Under the pieces are notes generated by a model that was not told where the DNA came from, ran no database searches, and saw nothing but the letters and a program-made list of their open reading frames with translations. A program made the translations under genes and the position numbers. Below are positions 32,141 through 42,100 of a stretch of 45,279 nt of DNA, piece by piece. The stretch spans positions 1-45,279 of the forward strand of contig JAUCBJ010007536.1 of NCBI GenBank assembly GCA_032718475.1, in the 5' to 3' direction. Source of the DNA: Nemertoderma westbladi (Eukaryota > Animalia > Xenacoelomorpha). Position 1 is the stretch's first letter, and each line of letters starts with the position of its first letter.

Positions 32141-33539
32141 CTATAAAATATAACAAATCACAGTTTCTAAAATATAAAGATACTCTAAACAGTTAGTCTT
32201 TCTTATGCAGACGGCGTTTACGCAGTTTTTTGAGGCTAGCAAGAGTCCTTTTCTCTTTGGGGGGAGCCACTTTACTCTGTTGGTAACGAAGACGCTGAAC
32301 TGACAGACTTCATTGGTTATATACTCCAACACGAGTAAAGCGTCGGTCCAATAAACAGTTTTCTCCAGTGGATAGTCAATCTGTTCTGTTACATTCCGGC
32401 CGATGGCTGTAGCGTATAGAGCCGCTTTTAACTCCGCTCGAGGAACTTTCAACTTATTGTTTATCAATGCCTTAGAAGTAACCAAGGCGACTTTGATTCC
32501 GTCCGGAGTTTCCACCCTTAGGTAGGCTACTATACCTATTCCCATATCGCTGGCGTCTCCAAACACATGGAGTTGATAGGAATACGTAGGGAGAACATGA
32601 CCAAAATATGAACGGGAAATTATAAAGTTCTCGATGGCTGGTAGAAAATCTTCCCATTTCATCCACTTCTTTAATAATTCTCCCTTAAGTGGATCATCCC
32701 ATGAGTGGTTTTCAAGCCACATTTGTTGTACTAAACTCCAAGCAATCAATATAACTGGGCTAATAAATCCCAATGGATAGAAATAAGTGCTCAGTATACT
32801 TAAACAAATCCGCTTAGTCCGAACTGGATTATCTCGTTGTTTTAGTTGGAAAAACAGGATATATCTTTCTGTGTCCCATTTCAAACCAAGGGTCTTAGTT
32901 TCTGGGAGATCATCTTTTATTAGATCAAGATCTTTCGCTCCTCGATCTTCTACCGGGATCGACTCCAGAAACTCACGGGAGTTGCTGGTGAATTTAGTTA
33001 ATCGAAATCCACCTCTTTTTAAGCACTCTACCGTTCCTTTAGCGATGTCAATGGCTTCTTCGACTGATGGAAGGGACTTTAGATTGTCGTCCATGTATAT
33101 ATCCCTCTTGATGTTGTCAATCACCTCTTTAGAGAAGGCGTCTCGGTTATCATCCGCAGTGGTGCGCACCACGGAACAGGCATTTGAAGGGCTCGAGATT
33201 ATCCCAAAAGCTTGGATGGTCATCCAGTACTCCACCGGTTTCTGGTTGAGGTCTCCTTCAGGCCACCACAGAAATCGTAGGCTATCTCGATCCCTATCCA
33301 GCGCTTTGACTTGTAAGAACATGCCTTCTATATCTGAGGCGAAAGCAATGGAATATTGTCTTAATCTTAAAAGTATTCCCAACAATGATTGGAGTAAGTT
33401 GGGTCCGGGTAGCAATTCAGAATTAAGGGATTGGCCCATATAGAGGGCGGAGCCGTCAAACACCACTCGTACCTCATGTGGTTTACCGGGTTTGGGAACG
33501 TAATGGTGAGTTAAATAATACGTTCTCTCAGTTATAGGT
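32141..33539 (-). pseudogene. BEL/Pao RT-RNase H fragment
   Basis: RVVFDGSA, SLNSELLPGPNLL, SDIEGMFLQV, IYMDD, LHVFGDAS, PRAELKAA, YWTDA, FVTNRV; similarity stops at ~32270. The ORF-track start (33565) lies in the LINE tail. Confidence 0.92.
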
Positions 33540-34002
33540 TCAATTTTTTTTTTCAATTTTTTCAATTCAATTTAATTTACATTTTTTTACATTTCTCACG
33601 TAAGCACAAACCATAGCACAGTTTAGACTAGGCCATAGCTCTACAGAGCTAGTGCGGCCAAATTATAACAGGTGATGAAATGTAAATATTTCGGTATTAA
33701 TGTAATTTTAGATGTAATTATAACGGTAGATGACAGGAGGAAGATGTAGTGGGGAATATAGGGGGGGGGGGGGGGGGGGGGGGCAAGGGGTGGATTTACT
33801 AATCAGAGACATGAAGGGCGACGGCGAACACGAAATGAGGACGATGGGCTTTCACCGAATCATAGATGCTTACAAATTATAGTTACTAACATCTAGTTAT
33901 GAAATTATGCGCGAATAATAAGTAAATTATGGGGAAATAATTATTTAAATAATAACAATTTAGATAAGAATAAATTTTTTGGGAAAACTAGTTTTCGGAG
34001 TT

Positions 34003-37000
34003 TTAAATACGATCAAGCAGTGAGAAGAGGTGATTTTTTAGGTACTTTATAAAACTGCTTCGAGATTTTTGTAATTTAATATTTTGGGGAAGGTTATTCC
34101 ATACTATTGACCCGTCATAGTGTATTGATTTTTGTGCAACTACTAATCTTGTAGATGGAATAAAGTAGTTTCCTCGCGAGCTAGATCGAGTGTAATGTTC
34201 GTGTATTTGCGAGGATTTTTGAAATAAAGATTTTAATGCTACTGGTTTGTTGCCATGATGTATTGAAAACATGAATTTTGCTACTTCTTGTTTGTATAGT
34301 AGATCTAGAGGAAGGATATGTAGGGACTTATAGATAGGGGCGGCGTGTGCCTGGTAGTGGTTGAATGTTATAGCGCGGATGACCTTATTTATTTTTATTT
34401 GGATTGGATTTAAATATTTTTTGCATGTATTTCCCCAGAGAATTATTCCATAGGATATATAAGGATATAGCAGGGAGTAGTAAAGAAGTCTAAGTATATT
34501 TAAAGGAAATATGTATCGCAATTTATAAAAAATTCCTATAGTTTTAGATATTTTTGACAGGATATAGTCACAGTGTGGTTTCCAAGATAATTTATTATCG
34601 ATTAATGTTCCTAAAAATTTAGTAGATGGTTTCATTTTTATAAGTTGGTCACGGATTTTGATTGGATGAGTTGTTGGATGGTTGTCATAAGTACTGGAGA
34701 TAAAAATATATTCTGTTTTTGTGAGATTTAAGGATAACCTATTGTCTATTAACCATTGGTCAATATTCTTTAATTCATCATTTACTGTTTGTATCAACCT
34801 ATGTGGATTTCTATCAAAGTGGAGAAGTGTGGTATCGTCTGCAAAAAGAGTGGTGATTAATTTTGTGGAGTTGGGAAGGTCGTTTATATATATTAAAAAC
34901 AAAGTAGGGGAGATTAGGGACCCTTGTGGAATACCGCAAAGCAAGATTAAAGGATCTGACAGGACGTTATTAATACTAACTACATGCTGCCGATCCTTTA
35001 GATAGTCAGCAATTAGTTTTAACGGGAGACCCCTGATACCGTATGATTCTAATTTTTTCAACAAAATATTATGGTTAAGCGTATCGAACGCTTTTTTAAG
35101 GTCCAGACTGATGAGACAAGCAGTGTTGTGATTATCGAGACAGTTCCTTATTTTTTCTGTGGTAATTAATATCGCGTCTGTAGTGGACCTTTTTTTACGG
35201 AAGCCGTGCTGTGATTCAGAGAGGTGGGAGAATTTGTCCAGATATGATAATAATTGGTTATTTATGAGACGTTCATACAATTTACTGAAAACTGGCAAAA
35301 TGGATATAGGTCTATAATTGTTTACATCAAAAGGGTCACCATTTTTGTAAACGGGGATAATTTTTGCACACTTTAGGGCATCTGGGAAGAAACCCTGGTC
35401 AATGGATAAATTTATAAGCGCGGCTAATCGAGGTGCAATTTGTTTAACAGCTAATTTTAGTAATTTTAGTGGGAAATTGTCATTGGTTGAGCAGGAGTTG
35501 TCCAATTCTAGAATAAAAAGGGAGATCTCAGCGGTACAAGTACCGATTAGTGAAAATGATTTTGGGTGTTTATTATTTATATATCTTGTTGGGGACCGGT
35601 TGGATATCGGTATAGCCTTTTCTAGCGTTGGGCCAATTGAACCAAAATGAGAATTAAATGCAGTGGCAATATCTCGCGGTTGACTTATTTCTGTCTTGCC
35701 GATTTGTGATGGAATGAGTAATTTTTTTGGTATATTTGTTTGGTTTCGTCGGTTTATTGCGGAGTTAATGGTGCGCCATGTTTTTTTGATATTTCCGGAG
35801 TTATTAGTAAATTCTTTATGATAGTATTGCTTTTGGGCCGAACGCAAAGTTTTTGTTAGGAAGTTTCTGTAATTCCTATAATCCACTTGTTTCTTATGAG
35901 ATGGGTATTCCATTAGATCTCGATACATTCTATTTTTTTTTATAGCGCAGTTTACTAAACTTTGATTCATCCAGGGCTTTTTTATTATTGGAAAAGTAGA
36001 GGCTTTTTTCAATGGCAAGTTTTCATTACATATTTTTTCAAAATCTGCATAAAACTGCGAGAACTTTAATTTATTTGGCACAGCCGGGTCTGCATAGTTC
36101 CAAGACAATTCTTCAATTAGGTCACGCTGAAAAATGTCGTTCTTGAATTTGCTATAGTCATGTGTGAATTTGGTGTGTGTATGTTTTTCAAAATAATTAT
36201 CGTAATTATCTAAAACATAAAAAGTTGGTAAGTGGTCTGTTGTACCGATCTCATTAAGAAACACACCTGGTTTTTTAATAACTCCAGAAATATTTGAAAA
36301 TATGTGATCGATAAGTGATTTGGAATGCTGAGTGATGCGCGTGGCCTTGTCAATTAGTTGCTCAAATCCAATGGATTGAAAAAATTTAAGATATTTCAAA
36401 GAGTAACTTGTGGGAGTTAGAAGGTCAACGTTGAAATCTCCAGCGATAATTATATCAAGCTTTTTCATCGTTATATTATTTAATAATTTTTCCATTACTT
36501 CTAGGAATTTTTCTCGGCAATAAGAATCAGGTCTATAAATAGATCCAATGATGAGATTTTTCATTTGGTTTGGGCGCTTAATTTCAATCCATGTTGATTC
36601 AAGCCCTTCAAGTGTTATATCTGTTCTGTGAGCTACAGAGTAACCAGTTCTAACATAAATTCCAGTGCCACCGCGTGACAGTTTGCCGTATTTTCTATTG
36701 CAGATAAAAGGGCCTTCATAGCCATTAATTTTGAATTGGTTTAAATCATGTTTGTCTGTAAGAAATGTTTCGGTAAATGTCAACGCATCAAATTTGAAAT
36801 TTAAAAGGTCCAAAAAATCAATGGTGTCACTAAAATTCGTAGAAAGGCTTCTGCAATTAAGGTTGAAGATGGAAAAATTTTTATTTTGGATATTAGGCGT
36901 CGAAAATTCTTCGTTAAAATTGGTTTCATTGTAGTAATCTGATTGACACACGTAGGATGGTATGTGCTTATCGGGGTCTATATGCCGGAGTAAATTATCA

Positions 37001-37398
37001 GTATTTGTATTGGGTGGTATGATATCGACAATATCTCTTTCGAAAATGTCACTGTCAGAAGTATCAACCATTGAAAAAGGAAAAATATCATGATAACAAA
37101 AAATGCAAGTAATTTCATAACTGTCAGTTACTTCCTGCCCACATAAGTAAGTTCCACATGGCAAATGGTAAGCGCCACCACATACCACACAGCGTATCGA
37201 TCTGTCACGGTTCAGTATCTCTGAAAAGCAATGAGTACAGAATGGGGGAGAAGGGGGTAGGGCGACGGGATGGGATGGGGAGGAGGGGTCAAGGTTGGGG
37301 GGTTTGGGATTATAAAGGGTAGAAAACAACATTACTAGCAGCTGTAGTTGGAAGCAAAAAAGCAACTCAACACCCACCACCATAACTGTATTCAGCAC
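34003..37398 (-). CDS. LINE ORF2: PHD-like finger, APE endonuclease, reverse transcriptase (1131 aa; true start uncertain)
   Basis: CTHC...CVVCGGAYHLPC...CIFC; APE NLNCRSL, TETF, GGTGIYV, IYRP, GDFNVD, IDHIF, TDHLP; RT NYRPISILP, QHGFR, DLKKAFDT, GIPQGS, FADDT. Confidence 0.96.
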   Translation of the reverse strand: MLNTVMVVGVELLFCFQLQLLVMLFSTLYNPKPPNLDPSSPSHPVALPPSPPFCTHCFSEILNRDRSIRCVVCGGAYHLPCGTYLCGQEVTDSYEITCIFCYHDIFPFSMVDTSDSDIFERDIVDIIPPNTNTDNLLRHIDPDKHIPSYVCQSDYYNETNFNEEFSTPNIQNKNFSIFNLNCRSLSTNFSDTIDFLDLLNFKFDALTFTETFLTDKHDLNQFKINGYEGPFICNRKYGKLSRGGTGIYVRTGYSVAHRTDITLEGLESTWIEIKRPNQMKNLIIGSIYRPDSYCREKFLEVMEKLLNNITMKKLDIIIAGDFNVDLLTPTSYSLKYLKFFQSIGFEQLIDKATRITQHSKSLIDHIFSNISGVIKKPGVFLNEIGTTDHLPTFYVLDNYDNYFEKHTHTKFTHDYSKFKNDIFQRDLIEELSWNYADPAVPNKLKFSQFYADFEKICNENLPLKKASTFPIIKKPWMNQSLVNCAIKKNRMYRDLMEYPSHKKQVDYRNYRNFLTKTLRSAQKQYYHKEFTNNSGNIKKTWRTINSAINRRNQTNIPKKLLIPSQIGKTEISQPRDIATAFNSHFGSIGPTLEKAIPISNRSPTRYINNKHPKSFSLIGTCTAEISLFILELDNSCSTNDNFPLKLLKLAVKQIAPRLAALINLSIDQGFFPDALKCAKIIPVYKNGDPFDVNNYRPISILPVFSKLYERLINNQLLSYLDKFSHLSESQHGFRKKRSTTDAILITTEKIRNCLDNHNTACLISLDLKKAFDTLNHNILLKKLESYGIRGLPLKLIADYLKDRQHVVSINNVLSDPLILLCGIPQGSLISPTLFLIYINDLPNSTKLITTLFADDTTLLHFDRNPHRLIQTVNDELKNIDQWLIDNRLSLNLTKTEYIFISSTYDNHPTTHPIKIRDQLIKMKPSTKFLGTLIDNKLSWKPHCDYILSKISKTIGIFYKLRYIFPLNILRLLYYSLLYPYISYGIILWGNTCKKYLNPIQIKINKVIRAITFNHYQAHAAPIYKSLHILPLDLLYKQEVAKFMFSIHHGNKPVALKSLFQKSSQIHEHYTRSSSRGNYFIPSTRLVVAQKSIHYDGSIVWNNLPQNIKLQKSRSSFIKYLKNHLFSLLDRI

Positions 37399-37622
37399 TT
37401 GAAATTCAGAATGTGACGATATTATTAACTAACTTCTTTCATTATTAAGAAAAGAAAAGAAAAGGATTAGAGATTACATGATATAATATAATATAGGGTA
37501 AACCTAATGTAACATATACCAGTACGTACATATATGGTGTGAAATGTTTTAGACAGTAAATTCATAGCGAGGGCCATTTTTACAGAAAAGTTGTGTGAAC
37601 GATGAAGTATTTTAATTATTAA

Positions 37623-38507
37623 TCATTCCTTACCGCGGTTGATATCGTTCAATACAGCATATTGGTTCGAGTTTTCTATCGTCGTTACGGCTCCGGTAGC
37701 CTTGCGTCGTGGGCGATGAGTATAGCTGGATGTAGATCCGCTGGTTATTTTAGGATCGCTTCCGTGGGGGCTACGGGTGTCCGAATTTTGGGGGTTCACT
37801 TCGGAGATACAGACCTTATCGACTTCGGCAGTAGAGTGAACTGGTATCGGTTGGCCGCTTGGCGATAATCGAACCGTTACCACGCCATTATACGAATAGG
37901 CGGCGTGGAGACGTTCTGAGCGTTTCAACTTTAGGGCATAGCGGAGGAGAGCGGACCGTTGCGGAGTGAGGTGGTCTGTTAGGTATACACCTGGGGGAAG
38001 CGATTTGCGGTTGCCAAACGCGATCCATCGGGATGAATGTCCGTAGAAACGCACGATGATTGGTCGGGAAGATTTTTTATTACCGCTAACAGGGGGTTTC
38101 GGTTTACCAAGGCGATGGAAAATATCGACCGAGTTGAAGCTAATGTCTAATTTGGATAGGATATCTGTAATACTTTGTCGGTCGTCGTCTTTGTCATTGT
38201 TAATATCCGGGATGCCGTGAATGAGAATCGAGTGACGCCGCTCATATTGGTTTAGTTCATCTATCGTCATCGCTTGTTCGTCGAGTTTCTCCTTTAGGAT
38301 TTCGTTTTCTTTCTTTAAGTGGTCATTCTCGTTGATAAGGAGTGGGATATTTTCTAGTTGTGTTTTAATGAGTTTCATGTCTTCATCTAGAGTTTCGAAC
38401 TTAGTTTCGATTAGGTCTTTTAGTTTCTCCATGGCCGTATTCCAGTTGTCAGATTTTGGACCCATGTTGGTGGATACTAGAGGAAGACGGGGACTGTAGA
38501 TAGCCAC
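37623..38507 (-). CDS. LINE ORF1 (coiled coil plus RRM-like domain), 294 aa
   Basis: Heptad-rich N-terminus, then NQYERRHSILIHGIP, HRLGK, RPIIVRF and VYLTDHLTP, typical of ORF1 in CR1-group/L1-like elements. Lies upstream of ORF2. Confidence 0.9.
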   Translation of the reverse strand: MAIYSPRLPLVSTNMGPKSDNWNTAMEKLKDLIETKFETLDEDMKLIKTQLENIPLLINENDHLKKENEILKEKLDEQAMTIDELNQYERRHSILIHGIPDINNDKDDDRQSITDILSKLDISFNSVDIFHRLGKPKPPVSGNKKSSRPIIVRFYGHSSRWIAFGNRKSLPPGVYLTDHLTPQRSALLRYALKLKRSERLHAAYSYNGVVTVRLSPSGQPIPVHSTAEVDKVCISEVNPQNSDTRSPHGSDPKITSGSTSSYTHRPRRKATGAVTTIENSNQYAVLNDINRGKE

Positions 38508-38864
38508 TCTGAGCGGGCGTAGGCCTATAGGATAGGGATTATTTCTGTGTGATTACAGGATTGAAGTTAGGCCTTTGAACGGATTATTTAACTGCGATGT
38601 AGGATGGTGGAGGGCGTTAGGTTGGCATCAGTGCAACCAACAGCTCATGGTGTAGCAGGTGAACAATACGGTCCAGAAGTCAGCAGTACAGCAGTACAGC
38701 AGTACAGTGAAAGGACCACAGTCAGACAGTACAGCAGTACCCAGATCCAAACATAGGTGTTTCTTCCGGTACTAGCTCCGCATATCCCTTGCTAATAAAC
38801 TTCTTCAACTGCGTTTGATACATTTCTTTAGCTGAAGAATTTGCCGTAAGGCGTCGATGTAGTT

Positions 38865-39020
38865 GTTTGGGAACGTAATGGTGAGTTAAATAATACGTTC
38901 TCTCAGTTATAGGTGTTTCTTCCGGTACTAGCTCCGCATATCCCTTGCTAATAAACTTCTTCAACTGCGTTTGATACATTTCTTTAGCTGAAGAATTTGC
39001 CGTAAGGCGTCGATGTAGTT
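38865..39020. repeat. 156-bp in-frame tandem duplication inside BEL pol; the other copy (33490-33539 + 38759-38864) is split by the LINE
   Basis: GTTTGGGAACGTAATGG...CGATGTAGTT is present twice; the peptide MYQTQLKKFISKGYAELVPEETP repeats in ORF 38722-38979. Confidence 0.93.
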
Positions 39021-39141
39021 AAGCAATTCTTTTCTCCGCCAAGGGTCTGTTGTTTACGAACTTTGGTTCTCGCTTTCGGAAAGGTAGACCGATCTCATAT
39101 CTACCTTGATCTTTAAGAAAACGTGTAGTTGTCTCTTGGAT

Positions 39142-42100
39142 CTACTTGGCTCTTTCTTCCTCTACCGATAGGGCCTTATCGTAGGAATTGGGCTCTACAG
39201 CCTCTTGAGTAAAGAATCGTATGGCGTGTTCGTCCCGAGTCTTAGCATTATAACGTTCAATGACATCATTAAGTTCGTCGTTATAGTCGTCTCGCTCTGA
39301 TGGAAGAAGGAGTTGACATAAGTTCACTTGGTTTTGCCAAGTCTCGTTTTCCTTAAGGAGATCGATGGCATTCTCCTCGTCAAAAAGTTGGTGGACATCG
39401 TCATTATCTGAGGAGTATGGTGTTCCCTCAGTTGGATCGTCTAACTCACTGCTCTCGACTTCCCATTCTCTCACTTGACATACCTGGTCTTTCGGTAATC
39501 TTTCCATGAGGGTTCTACGGGAAGGGCCAGTAAAGTACCAACCCACTCTAGTTCTTCCCGCATAAGCTTGCAGTGGTTGCGGTTGAGCGGGCCGTTTCTC
39601 CAATGTCTCGAGCGCTTCATGCGCGTTTTGACCGATGAGTATTTGCACTCCAGGGTAATCGGTGTTGAATCTAGGTATTTCCAGCTGCTGGGTGAAATCG
39701 TCCTCATCCCAGTTATAAGGTTCCACTTGAGTGGTAGCGAAGTTCTTTATCGCCACCATTTTTACTGACCTTATGCTATGTTCTCCTAGTTCATCCTGGG
39801 GGGTGGACAACGCACCTACATAATAATCCGCGATTACTGTAGATTTCCAAACCTGCATAATTCCTGACATGTTTAGCTTAGTTCGGAACTTGGATTGTCC
39901 AGCAAAGATGTCTTCGGCTAGTTCTTTGTCGATGAATGTTCCTGTACTACTGGAGTCAAGGAGGTCGTTCACTACATAACTCCTTTTAGGTCCGTGGACC
40001 CTTACCTGTACTACAGGAAATTCTCGGATTCCTACATTGGAAGATGGCACTTTCCAAGATGGTTGTCGATCAGAAGTAGTTAGGGTGAGGTCGCTGTCTG
40101 TATCTTTTTCATACGTGAGTGCTCGATACACTGCGGTATTTATCATGTAACAGGATTCGTTTTCGTCGGAGAACTCGTCCGTATAGAATCCTTCCATCTC
40201 AGATTGATCAGTGTCGTTCACATCACTGAATTGGACATGTAGTTCGGAATCACTTACCTGACTCGGACTATTTCGCTCGAATTTAGTGTGCAACAAGATA
40301 TGATTTTTCGCACCGCACTTTGCACACCTTGTGTCGGAGTAACAGGTTCGCTGTTGGTGTCCTTGTCTGAGGCAATTATAACACAACCGCTTATCCCACA
40401 TGACTTCCCGTCTCTCCGCTAATGATTTCTTCAGGAATTCATCACACATATTCAAACGGTGAGTCCCGTCACATAGCGCATATTTCGGTTTGATGTTACT
40501 TACCTTATTTTGAGTAACATTTTGCACACTCGTTCTTTCTTCGGGCTTTCTCACCTGAATTCTCTTGGGAGACTTAGGAGGAGTTTTTCTTACCTGTTCT
40601 CTCCTGTCATTGGTTCGAGACTTGAATTTACTTACCTGGTCTTTAGGCATTTTATTGACATAATAAGATCTTTCAGTGTCTTTCCCGCTATCCTCTCCTT
40701 GAGAAGTCTGGCTTTCGCCGTCGTCTGTATAACACACTGGTGTTACCTTTCTCCTAGAGACGGGTTTCTCACTTACCTTGTTTTCCGGTGTCTTCTCTCT
40801 GGACTGCTTTATGAGCTGTAATTTCACTTCGCCATCCAAGAATGACATGAGATCAGCCATGGTAGGGTCTCGTTGTTGTTGTTCCATCATATATAACACT
40901 TTCTTGTCCCAGCGTGTACCTACTCCGCCCTTCGGTAAAGTAGAAGCCACTGCCCTAATAACCATAGCACTCTGATACTCATGAGACTTACCTAGCCAAT
41001 CTAATTGTCGGCAAATCTCCTGAATCTCATCGGAAAACTCTATAATCCCGCTGCTCATAAACTTTCGGGGCGCTACCAACTTTGTATACAAATACCCAGC
41101 TATGTTATTCCTATTACCATACCTGATGTTTAGTGTATCCCAAACTTGTCTTAATCCGTCTGGATGTGCAATAAACTTTAACGCCATTAACTTGGGAGAT
41201 CCTTCCAAGCACTCGATGAGGAATCTAAGTTTCTCTCCATTAGATAGTACAGAGTTCTGTATGTTATCTTTGTAATATTCATTAAAAGGTAACCATTTCA
41301 TCTCATCTCCATTGAACTTGATGATCTCTCCCACCTTTACCGCTTGCCGGGCTTCGGTTCTAGCCATCTGACCCGTAAAACTTTCTTGGGCCATCGAGTT
41401 ATTTAATATCGAGGTATCGGTATATAAATTTCTAGGATTATGATCAGGTCTATAGGGAATATCATTATCAACATGTCTATAATTACCCTTAATAGGGTTC
41501 ACTATAGGAGTTTCTACTTCGCTAGCAGTATATATGCGTGTAGGCTCCACACCTTGCGCATGAGATACTTCAGACCTAACAGGTTGACACATTGTTACCG
41601 GGGGTGGTGGTATACCCTTTTGTAAATTTACTAATTTATCGCGTTCTAGCGCGATACTTTGCTGTACTTCTTGCAACTCTAACCTACTTTCCTTTACGGT
41701 TCCCTTTAACTGTTGAACAGTCCCTTCTAACTCTCGGACCTGTTGGGAGGAGCGCACTCGATTCTCCTCCATCTTTCCGAGGAGAATATCCATCCCCCGC
41801 CGTCTCTCGTCTACCCAATCAACCGCCGAAGCGGGATCCGCCAACGTCGTAGCGGGCAGACGAGGGACTACGGGCGATATATCCTTTATATTTCGCTCGG
41901 AGTCCAGGACCGACACTGTTTCAGGGGCTGTTCCTCTAGGCACAGATAATTTGGTGCTGTGTAAAGGGAATTTAAAGGTAGGTTCTGGGAGTACAGGTGT
42001 CTCTATCACCGAAGGGGTGATTTCAAGAACAGGCCTAATTATTTCAGGCTCATCTACTATAGTAGGGAGCCTTTCTATTTTAATTATTTGGTCTGTGGGT

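Larger units (their letters stand above)
33540..38752 (-). mobile_element. Full-length CR1-group (CR1/L2/Crack/Daphne-like) LINE
   Basis: TSD ATAGGT at 33534-33539 and 38753-38758. A-rich (A)nTTG tail at 33540-33590. Both ORF1 and ORF2 are open. Confidence 0.92.

Noticed and set aside
32787-33443. 218-aa plus-strand ORF and similar short ORFs opposite the TE genes
   Set aside because: These are antisense shadows of RT/pol coding sequence with no independent motifs.
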